Source: Candidatus Omnitrophota bacterium
Lineage (GTDB): Bacteria > Omnitrophota > Gorgyraeia > Gygaellales > Profunditerraquicolaceae
Length of the DNA: 64,000 bases
Direction: 5' to 3'
Assembly (NCBI GenBank): GCA_022710715.1
Contig: JAKLGJ010000003.1
Span: forward strand, 89,083-153,082
Shown here piece after piece: positions 30,601 through 37,900 of this stretch. The notes under the pieces were generated by a model. The model did not search any database. It saw nothing but the letters and a program-made list of their open reading frames with translations, and was not told the DNA's origin. The translations under genes were made by a program, and so were the position numbers. Numbering within the stretch: the stretch's first letter is position 1; each line of letters opens with the position of its first letter.

Positions 30601-31546
30601 CTTTCTCTGCGGACAACTGGGTCAGGATCTGGCCGGCCAGTGCGGCGTTGCCGGATTGCGTCATGCTGCTGATCACCGCGGCGCCGATCGCCGGCGAAAC
30701 GGAACTGATCATCGTGACCTGCTGGGCCATGGACGCCTGTCTCATCGTGGCCAGGGAATTCAGCAGATTGACGTCGGCTTGATTTACTACGGAATCCGCA
30801 TTGAGATCCATGCTCGCGGAAACCACACCCGAATTGACAGAACTGGTAAATGTGGAGACATCCGCGCTGTTGAACACCGCGTTGCCGTCGAAATCGAGCT
30901 GGCTGGTGAGGGTGGAATTCGGCTGCCAATTGCCGGTGCTGACCAGATTATACGATGATGTGTTCATCACCGAAGAAAATGCTGTATTAGAAAGTGTGGC
31001 ACTGGAAACCGTGCCGGTCTGGACATTGGACAGAATATCGCGGTTAAACGATCCTTCGATGGTTGACCCCGCGCGCGTAGCAAAATCGAATCTATCGCTC
31101 ATGATGCCTGCGTCCGCTGCCGTGGGCATAATGGGAGTAAACCCGCCCAACGCTTCCGAAGGAATTACCGGTTTAAATGTATCGGTTATGCTTACGCCGG
31201 CGAATCCCGCATCGGATAATCTTACATTAGCGAAACTCGAGATCGATTCAGAAGGAATACTTGGCTTGATAATATTATCCGCCTTATAAGAGTCGAGTAT
31301 CGGGCTTGAGTAAGAAATCGGGCTGTCCGTGAATTTGGAGGCCAGGGAACTGGGGCTGACGAAACCCGAACCGGAGTAAGATGGAATAACGCCGCCGGTA
31401 TCCCCGCTTCCGGAGGTCTGATCGGAAGAACTGCTAAGCTGAATCCCCAGGGGGCCTTCAAGCGCGGAACTGGAATACTGGATAAAAGGATTAAAGGTGA
31501 GCAGCAACGATAAAAACAGGCTGCAGATTTGGCGTAATGCTCTCAT
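18632..31546 (-). CDS. Giant secreted multidomain protein A1, about 4300 aa (4335 aa from the track's start at 31639). It contains a dockerin-like motif, MgtE-N-like repeats, the family A core, a J domain, tandemly duplicated modules of about 200 aa and an NTase motif.
   Basis: I prefer the start at the ATG at 31546, which has an AGGAGA RBS and begins directly with the signal peptide MRALRQICSLFLSLLLTF. The track's 31639 start has no RBS and lies inside hairpins. Domains read from the translation: dockerin-like DxNxDxxVN repeats at about 30760-30905; MgtE_N-like A..IL..M repeats at about 30200-30760; the core shared with A2 at about 24560-25920 (EEGLPWYQDLLLSAASSPKDTGLWLG); a J domain with HPD at 24349-24560; tandem modules at about 21300-22710; and an NTase motif GGGTARRMVLGGKQDNGYSDIDLIV at 21041-21140. 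Confidence 0.8.
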   Translation of the reverse strand: MRALRQICSLFLSLLLTFNPFIQYSSSALEGPLGIQLSSSSDQTSGSGDTGGVIPSYSGSGFVSPSSLASKFTDSPISYSSPILDSYKADNIIKPSIPSESISSFANVRLSDAGFAGVSITDTFKPVIPSEALGGFTPIMPTAADAGIMSDRFDFATRAGSTIEGSFNRDILSNVQTGTVSSATLSNTAFSSVMNTSSYNLVSTGNWQPNSTLTSQLDFDGNAVFNSADVSTFTSSVNSGVVSASMDLNADSVVNQADVNLLNSLATMRQASMAQQVTMISSVSPAIGAAVISSMTQSGNAALAGQILTQLSAEKAASILNNDAITTDTATAILGQVQNNQAARIMGEIRANKAADILAAGTPGNSAAILAQMTDPGQAATILENMRTQNAVDIINSKSFEPPALAEVFGQMDTQIAGMLIASVETPKAVSVMELLNDKQHLASILQGMPANVIAKIIADPTLDLSRAGEMMNSLQPETAGKVLNSVAAANQGLPRAASILKAMQAEKAGPAMDHVETAIGASLLKHENLGLKQANAIIRQMQPETVTRMLGKATAVNPDAADPANTVSPATAFRDYPVLTADSRIPDALLSKTTGLNIEGTLRVAGVGNIVPGSGNIAWADMPLRAPVAVASTETGNSRTAVITLVDGTVLRSQPGNNKTSNYVDAAGNQWASTEGGMVNLTVKPGDTFEIAEGVTLTATQSCTMAVSRAGSIAMPSGTVLTDEQGRTWTCLNGPRDMQDYTIHDAVGFVQTSYKAGDTITLNDKTVLTAAKDFNAANGVIPAGTAFTSNGRQWVAQADGQFLQTGYKKGDAFGLADGTVLTANADFSLGADGTVPKNVNFLDRNSQSWVSIDNGVVAKVRIDESKQAPAGVTISLDNPLVWTPQLEHAALWLYTYTYHQLPPSQDILACAVALSESNVSNWQANNYEGADQIQTCTATINGKQYDVTGLVYSAVYVPSPFEGEEGTWKVVKSSDLAAADIGMEEITGLMGLSADPATDEHGQVIIPDFVRYANVTFSADDQTFYVPLQAILVPGQTPEIGASCSALTIRKDSAGLLGKGRWSYNGNSFGFMSWGAVDQQARSPARSEPTLEERQLAADANNPYYRDYYLVPDLQEKAAGGDVGAQQQLNYVYAVTGGKNPDGTTIESLKPLQNALDDPYYRDNYVLPGLIAGSNAGDTGATMDLLAILSATGGRNPDGTQIEAFKPILNQPADNGVAAAVAQTIAFQESIGQPLSDREIRLLFQSTYEGQTGQSLPQSVLDTLASSSGTTMIAVDDRGQLYKDKNTGAYYQRTADGSLGKIMVAGSTSDGNTLTLQGQDGTAYVVTDGILTVNGQTQGMATPAGYYSADDVNAEVRTIGILQAAAAIPGTGAGTMQQINNQINQSARNINDMLTAGIFDPASRTTTIRTSDRITVKSYDAVGAEHTQSVTEGYTITNANGQQQFVPFKQYTYLANPDGSTRTVTTLYKDDGTPWTVQDSTGASGKYRNYLDAQNYEFVTTDANGRTLIQVYEQGKLAGQYDENRHAVVLDPSGAIVYSTDAQGAVVSSNGTDYSVAAMSEHVSVSRSTEADAPVQYLNINGQSMALSSQTEIEVIGDTTIILTDSQDPGKQVTITLDAQGNVASMVGHQSAPGLVEQLNIGLAAVIGGITGGWANGMQEGAQAANNALNPDVISIDGVSFSTTIPGTYQGTVNVTVAGSDGSKMYPVSQQAIQDDPGMFNFIYGNVMVTYTDGSGKQRTGWVSPDMLKPSSLVTLPNEISVVTQSLGYELNAEGEFVASYRPSDSQAADVMGAYTYWNDLPEETGAQRQHKAVVAQYLLGQAEGDFWVSLASGWAGASATISGQMNAVVDQSVMDNVQQYLDENPVDPALLNSGDQAYNAGLINSIPAPLSITTLRAIPSVFIDSSEWNAYTETANASGQSSVVSAGVNKNPLATASYTFTPQTYTWMDLASDAALVLTLVSPLIGDEALAIGSRSMQVADILGGTAETGIALSSAGEEIFAAGSRGMQAGKLIQGAARSGAVWAGVSAASDNAYSLISGQGLSSLEDTVQSARHGYGQGFIFSAGLQGLGLTGVAGRAGNYLLGTESGTGQMAGRYLLGVDSRLGAYALAPETLAADSLRGAGSFVFVGPVFHTVGWGLGNVWEGLTTGDWSADEMIGPHGEEGLPWYQDLLLSAASSPKDTGLWLGPLTEVAGLTTSTWDPAGTGRIARWAQNTGTYGYFRGTARTLLGRELTSAGEGAVQKSWLTMFPTTPGAFLRSVDDAVFFSGFTAGTNALLFNDVTQSTLGMTEQDAQLLGWLPFFAIPRYGGSVSLDRPADSAVRPTDAEVYRNGESAYDILKVNRDATPAEINKAYRAQTKQYHPDVNPAGSERMIDINWAYERIGKDTSARVAYDEALSNRPVSGSRTSSASAEPQPQKQVDNERRMPEVIPATNRLIDLEMAPAGASEAAGGEQAAGSKQQAQTAPAKDKPAVIKTQRQTAEEAWSNSLSAEADYPQHQTARVRAIQEYCDYIDRSRSDPEWSYDYMSQAYGVPHNAQSMYSRFIRDLYSSARHTSYNPRPSEDPAIADRASKPRLVNGEEVVSTYAGEGFIYRLPADRDTADISGTDWRFSVNALAQEGLIESLDGFMLKYPELVNRYKTPATAGHWYDRYDPVTVYLSERPGAQQIEDFVAALKPYVRDTRDVLIGENLSPGISLDREWSHKYEEYAALAERANALDPALGRAAQNYYEMIGTSSGIYFAIEEVINRASGAGMRLSPGEKKNSGNDVFRRGLEFEQGTANSRLKDLSSGEIGDLASRLTRADYGTHERVLMEYMEQRGTPLSQSEAGGIITLCLGGPIVPRAAGVEKNSVAEGTSIMDRVQSIASRLLNRATAPVPEETSLPIERDLEHRLVTLQDSNNKTGQWLVGILREPSVDPVGRIESVLLNAVRLPSGVINGFNEKLMRVDATGDVYVFDVLSGQRQADGRINWLPDAQIDFATMNKNIAETFSGTSLERMKTQVVAAAQQAVVNLQSPQFRDRIVDTLLPQIESDFQKKYAGKPEFFRGNVHPTDVLVRLEEVYKTELGLPPAGNGFLLNSQFNHEGQVVNVGDRQTTGILGVTVGEVEMTAAGVVRTTNLDRKAMDRILRNLGEYITQRAGIAPAGDRDAAQQRSLLENDVRGALESLLHNHMDYASSTTMYIRGAKDAAGITEKINEVFVTFIGVKLPDLDGVYRVERDGSMYLFDVRVGTQGSDGAIHWLSDKDIPFDRMNENMGRHFDGPEIERLSAFAQKNAQAACERLNNPVTRQRDAQELAQTLHDNFINLKKPNANGKSFLGEEYEGNVYTKDMIGVLEQFYKDSLGLPRDGDFFSKYYSKGSVVNSGDRTDVSVFGVNVGINEKMPSGAVRQNIEVSAEQMDRVLQNMATAIAGRAGLNGANVPSFQQPEAGNVRADARFPDQSSVSIEISPMIAEIASRAEFEGLEIAFGGGTARRMVLGGKQDNGYSDIDLIVRPSATANVVLTEDEMGALRDFKQEIEKTFGVHADIVNLEGYVVESQYSGIRNKAATLDRLSIYRDNEGGWKITDETGGSYKQDVLNNNLRLTKSGDFDYRAVLRFVRQIGERPQSLENKDTQDALNEISAFVDSGQMKTGRGSFIKINWLIGGTIMGDQETLIRAKAFPVSDMLKMYLHAQDPHQINNVLKQIGTKRSLYNVLSPLADLEKLAEITVTSRESGKHIALSDFDNAFPEDMRANPLTQKYDARGWADFVYSGIAEELRENVDRAQLDTFVEREMSDYLSTVDSMDISRRMTSNLIASSKAMKDMIEKNPALSQNYVSLSGVVTDDFYAHLTQNADAIRQAILAGTHKNVLDYYSSAYRPQLENRRDIFDRGIRFVRASSNPDNPLRGLSDEAIDTIAQQMSGASLSGKDLASQMQKALRDQGVEVTVERAGSIAAACLGGPTEAQVKQAEGELARLKQLQQRRAVSNAASIRSEAGQREAVKIDAEISAQIARLEETVNQGRAEVKQSTVVPQIPGITPLAKVAVEQAFTSTGEDRNLAINTIIELTGKAPDVIRAQLQVSGKSSQELKSLLSQDQLIRLAQSEAGRALFRIEVENRPDYVQQRLAQADHAILQPVDFEREVQLSGLSAAQIAAMRAKSAGVISIYDYLENLASFRNRDGEALGITTYHSQDDYSALALAGDLKEWMSEYDRRYGDREDHTTRYLNEITSEGRPIVFFVPEAVLGDSKVEQGSVTSHEMQWFLDHPEQMKNVYFVFGAYQLIRDSDYQSLFHDARPILLEEQAHRILAEIYSNYRDYQANP
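24349..24560 (-). other. DnaJ-type J domain embedded in giant protein A1
   Basis: YDILKVNRDATPAEINKAYRAQTKQYHPDVNP...INWAYERIGKD. This has the canonical helix II-HPD-helix III pattern. I located the DNA by reverse-translating YHPDVNP at 24426-24446. Confidence 0.6.
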
Positions 31547-31564
31547 GCTTTCTCCTGATCGCTG

Positions 31565-31597
31565 AAAATAAAAAACCCAAGGCAGCGATACCTTGGG
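31565..31597 (-). terminator. Strong intrinsic terminator 8 nt upstream of the RBS of giant gene A1, a putative transcription attenuator
   Basis: Minus-strand CCCAAGG-TATCGCTG-CCTTGGG followed by TTTTTTATTTT. A second GC hairpin CCCGCTGCCAAATGCAGCGGG lies at 31631-31651, further upstream. Confidence 0.6.
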
Positions 31598-31796
31598 TGA
31601 AAAAAACGTTCCCTTTGGTAACGCAGCCTCCCGCTGCATTTGGCAGCGGGACTGTCGCTTTGCGCCCCCCGATTACTCGAGGTTTGCCTTTATCAGTAGA
31701 ACTCTTCTTCTACTTACCTATTATTACTATTATATTTCCAACATATTAAGTATAGCACATTTTTGCTAAATTTCAACCTTACCAATTGCACAATTA

Positions 31797-31923
31797 GCAG
31801 ACGTTTTCCCCATCCGCATGTGGCACATTGACTTACAAAGATATTGTTCCGCACCGCCAAATTGACGCATAAATAATATTTTTGTAACCAATTGCCGCAC
31901 ATGCGGATGGGGAAAGCGTCTGC
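31797..31923. repeat. 127-nt intergenic inverted-repeat element, copy A. The arms are about 29 nt (GCAGACG(C)TTTCCCCATCCGCATGTGGCA) around an AT-rich core.
   Basis: It starts 2 nt after the stop codon of giant gene A2. The other copies, also exactly 127 nt, are at 42787-42913 and 62687-62813. The cores of A and B are identical (ATTGACGCATAAATAATATTTTTG). Confidence 0.75.
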
Positions 31924-31925
31924 GG

Positions 31926-34900
31926 TTAAAGGTTCAGGTCTCCGTAGCCGGGCATGGAATCTAGAGACTGATAAAGCTCTCGGCATGCGCTAAGCAATTT
32001 TTCCCGTTCCGCCGCATTCAATCCCGATTTCTCAGCCTTGGCCGTCAACTCGCTGACGGTTCTAAAAGCAAGCTCGGTTTGCGGCGCGCAAGCGCCCTCC
32101 GCCTGCAACTCTTTGTCTAAAGCCGCGTACCGCTGGCGATAAACCCCAAGGCTCGCAGCCAAAGGATGCGCCTGCCATTGCTCCGGAGTTAAAACGATCC
32201 TGTTCCGCTCACTGTTTTCCTTATCCAGCTTAAAGCTGGTTTGCTTGAAGCTGGCGGACATTTCGTTGCCATAGTGCCCGATCACTTCCGGTCCGTTGCC
32301 ATAGAAAAACCAACTATTCGCGAATTTCGTCAACGCCCGCACATACCTTAACATTTCATTCCGTTGTTCCGGAGAATACATCCCGGGATTCTCGGCGAGG
32401 AACTTCATCACCGGCCCGACAACGGTCTTTCGTATATCCCGATAAGCAGCGAACGGGTCATTTCCGTTCCCCAGCTGCAAAGATCTGGGAGTTCCATGCC
32501 CGCCGATCACCAGCAGATCGATAGATCCCGGTTCATTGGAATTTTTGATCCACTCCACGGCCTGGGTCAACGAATTGACTTCTTTGGTCCTTACTTCATA
32601 GCCGGAACTTTTCAGCTGTTCTTCAAGATCCCTTTCTTTGAATGCTCCATTATGATCGGAGGACGGCGTAAGGATCACCGCGATCTTTGTTTTTGCATCT
32701 TTTTCGATTGTTTCCCTCGCCGCTGTTCCACCCGCGACAAAACATTCCCCATCCCTTTTCACCGGCGCGCCCTCCATACGAACTTCCATTACCCCGTCAT
32801 AATGCACCGCATAATTCACCTTGTCGATCGCGCCTTTGTCACTGAAGTCTATCCGCATACTGCTGGAGGAATGCTGGGCGCCGAATGTCCGGCGGTCACC
32901 CAGGGCCTTGGACACTTCTGTCGCCAGATTGACATTATCGCCAGGCGTTACGGCTCCCGTAGAACAGCTGTTCAATATAATATCTGCATTCTCTTTCAAA
33001 TACGGACCGATCTCCTGCAATTGCGCCACGTTCTCCAGGCTCAATTTCGCGTCTTTCATCGACTCGCGCATCTGCTCGACGATATCCGGGATATGCCGGG
33101 AGATGTTCTCCAACTCCGCCTTACTCTGCGCAGACATCCCCAGCTCTTCCGGATAATGCTCTTCGAAAGTCCTTTCCCTGGCGGCTTCGGAGCCCGGCTT
33201 CTTTTCCGGCGCCGGCAGCAGATCATCAATAGCTGGCGCTTTAGCGTGAGTTTCCCGGTCAAAGGCAATCGCGTCCTCGGGACAATACCTGATCCACTCC
33301 CTCATCTGTTCCGCTACGGATTCTGACGCAAAACTGTATTCCTGCCGTAATTCCTTCGCTTTCTCCTGCCAGGCATTGATCTCATACAACTCATGTTCCA
33401 GCACCCGTTGATTAGCGGCATGCTCGGCATCCACATAAATAACCGCCTCACCGTACACCCTGCCCAGGCCGATATGCGCCAGCTGACCGGTTTTTTCGAG
33501 CAATCCTTCGATCGGAATAACCCGCGCAGCCGCACCGCAGCCTTCGGCTAAAGGATAGTTCTTAATATTGGTTTTGTCCGCAAGCAGATCGGCTGGCAGA
33601 TTGGCCTTAACATGCTCGTTTACCGCGGTATGCGTAGCTTTTTCCGCGCCGCCGGCAGCGAGATTGATATCCACTTCGTTTTGCGCGTCATCAGCCGCTT
33701 GCAGTTCCCTCCGACCGCTGTTTTCGGGGATCAGGTCTTTCTGCAGACGGATGTAATCGCGAATATCCAGCAGCTGATTATACGTTTCTTTGGCTTGCTC
33801 CAGCGCCTTCTGCCCCTTCTCTTTATTCTCGGCTTTACGCACAACTTGCAAAGGAGAAGCAGCCACCCGGTCCAGCTCTTTAATCGAGCTCCCGATCAAA
33901 TCAATCTGACGGTCGAGCTCTTCGAGCATGGATTCGCATTCCTGGCGGTTGATCGAACGCAGGTCAATGCGGGATTTCAGTATCCCTTCCGTAAACGGCC
34001 TGTGGATCTTTCCGATTTCCCACAGAATCTGGTTAGCCCGGTACGCGCTGGAGGTTCTGTCTTTCACCCAGTTTTCCGCCTTTGCCCCCAGCCATTCCTG
34101 CGCGTTGAGGAAACGATCCAGGGCGCTGTCGCCGATATGCTCCCACGGCCGGTCATGCATCAGATTCGGACTTGCAGACAACCCCAGGCCGTACGACATT
34201 GCCCCGGACGAATACAGATTAAAATGCTTAACCAGCCCTTCCGCCTTCCTGAACGCCTCTTCCACCGGAGTGAACACGAACTCATTCTCCGAGATCATCG
34301 GCAGCCAACCCCAGTTCTTATCCTGCACGCGCACGCCCATCGGGCCGAAATCATAATCCTGGCTGACCTTGATCTTCGCGGGATCTTTCTGCTGAACAAT
34401 CAGAGGAAGCAATTTCGGTATCGCTTCAGGCGAAGACACCTGCACATCGATCTCCCTGCCTTCGAGAAGATTATCCGGGATCTCGCCGAACAAGTTCTTC
34501 ACATCGAAAATATCCTGCAGATGCTCCAGGGAAATCTCATACTCTTCGGTAACACTGGAATAATCTTTAGCGGGATCGTACGGCCTGGATCCCGGGTCAA
34601 CCGTCTTGATCAGGAAATAGGGATCGCGTCCGGCAACAAACTGGATATCCACCACGCTGCCTTCCATGCCGCGCTTGCCACGAGAGAACGCATACGCGTA
34701 CAGCTTCATCGCCAGCTGGGCTTTCTGATTATTATTCAATCCGTCGAAGTTGTTCACCACGAAATCGAATATCTTCTTCTCGTTCTCGTTGCGCCAGGTC
34801 CTCCAGTCGTCATTGACTTTCTCTTCATACTGCACCCTGACCGACGCGCTCGGCAACTGCCCGCCGGACTCTTTGCCGATCTCGGTCAAACTGGTGGAAT

Positions 34901-37900
34901 CAGCTGTCATTTCGGCGTTCTTTTCACCACTCTTGCCGGAATGTTCCACCTCGTTGCGCGGAAAATGAATGATCCCTTCCACATCGAATCCCTGGTCCTT
35001 CAGATCGATGTAACCCGAGCGCTCCCCGGGTTCGGTAGAGGCGATCACGGAGTTGGAAATGCGGGTGATCCCGCTGAATCCGCTGCGGGCGCTGAATGCA
35101 TCCCACCCCTTCTGTCCTTCGCTGATCCCTGCGACAATGCGATGCTCGATCCCGTGGTCCTGGAGGCTCTGCGGGATCTGCGCGGGATCGTTGATATGCG
35201 CGTAGCCGGTGATCGCAACTGCTTTCGCGCCGGGATTCTTCTCCAGGAAATCGGAGATGTATTCTCCCATATATTTACCGCGATTCACCGCTTCCTCCTC
35301 GGCTGTCCATTCTTTCTTGCGCATGTCTTCGGGCATATCCATGAAGACCACATCCAGCCCCGCGTCTTGAGCGGCTTTGATCTGCTGCTTAAAGCGGTGC
35401 GATAAGCGGGTTCTCATGGCGATGACATCTGCGTCCTCGACTTTCAAATCCGACTGGATCTCGAAAATCGCATGCGTGGCGCCCGCATCCTTAAGCGCCT
35501 GCATCTGCCGCGCAAAACCCCGCTGCAGCCCGTTATTTCCGTGATTGGTATCTCCGATCACCAGCGCCCTGACGCCCTGCATCAACTCTGCGTAAGGCAC
35601 CTGCGCGCGCCAGCCCTTCTCTACCAGCGCGCCCCAGGGCGTATCCGTATGCATCCAATCGTAGAGGCTTTTTGGATTATTCATCAAAATACTGGTAAAC
35701 GCGTTTTGCCTGTTCGGCTCTTGTTGCGCGCGGCCGATCAATCCGCCGACCGCATCCTTGATCCTGGTCAGAACGGAGCCTTGCGCTTGAGCCTCTTTGT
35801 CCGGCACTGTCGGAAGGTTTGCCGCTGGGCCGTCGCTGGAGATGATGAAATCCGCGTCCCCGGGCGCGGCCTCGCAGTCCGCGCTTCTTTTTTCCGCTAC
35901 ATAGCCATTGCCGATCGTTCCCGAATCTCTGGAAATATCTCTCTCATACACATTACCCAGTATGAACGGCAGCATTCTTTTCAGCTCTTCACTCGGCCTG
36001 AAATGTACGCTTTCCTGTACCGGTTCCTCATGATACGTATATTCGATATCTTCTACCGCACCTTTGTCATCGAATTTCAACCTGAATGAAGCGGAATCGT
36101 GATGCGGAGCCAGGACTTTCCTGCTCACTGCAGCGCTGATTTTGTCCGCGAGATTCTCGCCCTCTCCTGCGGTGCTGCCGGTACTGCAGCTTTTCAGAAC
36201 CACCAAAGCATCGTCAGCCAGGCGATCGCTGATCTGGCTCAACCGCTCGGCGTTATTGAAATCCAGGGACATCTGCGCTGTTTTGTAAAGATACTCTTTC
36301 ATCCCTTCGGCCAGAACCGGATAGTCGGTTTTCATCTGCCGCAAAGCGCTAAGAGCCTGAATGATGGATTGCTGGCGGGCATAGATCGCCTGATAGCTTT
36401 CAGAAGCGGCAAAATAATCCGCCTCCAGCGGCTTTAAAGCCGCGTACCCGTCCAAGACCCGCTGCCATTTGGCATCGATTTCCGCCTGGGATTTGCCCTC
36501 GGATAACGCAGCATCATGCTCCCTATGGGCGTCTTCTATTACGCGCCTCTGGGCAAGCAGTTTATCCATTGCGGATTCCTGCGTTATTCTCGCCTGCGCG
36601 GCAGGAGCTTCGATCTCTTTCAATCTTTGCTCCCAGCTCTGCGTTTCTATGCCGGCCAGGGTCTTTTCGACGGCAGAGATAAATTCCTGCACCCCTCCTT
36701 CAAGATACCATTTTGCTCCGGCTACGCTGTTCAACTCACCCACGAGAGCTTCGATCTCTTTCTCCTGGTCGGCAGAAACAAGGTCCGGATTTTCCCGGAC
36801 CAACCGCTGCAAAGACTGCTCCAGGGACTGCACTGCCGCATAGGTCTTTTTGAATATCTGACTGACCTTATCCCTGCCGGCATCCATCCAGTCGGTAAAT
36901 TCCATTCCCTGCTTGCCGCCATGGCCGCCCAGAAGCAATAGATCGGCTTTCTGAACGAGAGTGGACTGTTTGATAAAATCGATCGCTTCATCCATATCTT
37001 TGACCACTTTGTGCGCCACGTCGTAACCGCGATCCAGCAGGGCCTGGACATGGTCATAACTCCCGGCAAAAGCGCCGTTCCAGTCGCTTTGCGGCAATAC
37101 CACCACCGCTTTTTTCTTCGCAGGCTCTTTGCCTTCCGCGCGCAAACCCTCGTTGTGAAATTCCTGCGCTTTCTGCGCGATTTCCCGCTGGCGCTCGGCG
37201 CCGGCTTCTTTGTCGTTCATCCACTCGCGCAGCTTATCGCCCAGTTTACCGTCGGCGATATCCCGATCGGTAACTATGCCTTTTTCTTTGGCGAATTGCT
37301 TCCAGGCGTTCAGTTCCGCGAGCTCATGCCGCGCCTTGGCCTCGTCGCGCGCGTAAACCGCGTTCTCCCCGCGGCCGGCGTGGTCAGCCTCGAAACGGCC
37401 GTCGATGATCACCAGCGTCCCGTCGGCTTCGATGCGCAGTTCGCCGTGTTCAGTCTGTATGCGGCCGCCGGCCTTCTCGACGCGCGCTCGCAGATCGAAA
37501 CGGCCGTCAGATCTTTTGCCCGCGCCGATCTCATTACCCAGCGTATCGATGGTCTGCGCGATCTTTCCCGCCTCATGATACGCCTCGTGCTGCGCGCGGG
37601 TCGAACCGCCGTTATTCCCGCTGGAAATGGCCGGATCAAGAAGCGTATCCGCGAGCCCGTTGACCATGCCTTCTAAATCATCTAACCCGGGCAGCCGTTC
37701 CACTTTTACAAATTCTTTTCCGATATTCCTGCTCAGATCATCCACATTATTCCGGTCGATCGCAGCTTTAAAAACAGTAATAATGCTCTGGCCGTTTTTG
37801 GCCGGATTGAAATTGGCGCCGACGCTCACCAGTACTTGTTTACCGTCGCCGAAATCGGTCATGAACTTGACTTTATCCTGGCCGGGAACCATCCAGCAGT

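Noticed and set aside
18632-31639. The 31-residue N-terminal extension of A1 from the ATG at 31639
   Set aside because: It has no RBS. The ATG lies inside a GC hairpin. The extension would bury the signal peptide 37 residues from the N-terminus, and a strong terminator lies within it. The ATG at 31546, with an AGGAGA RBS, is preferred.
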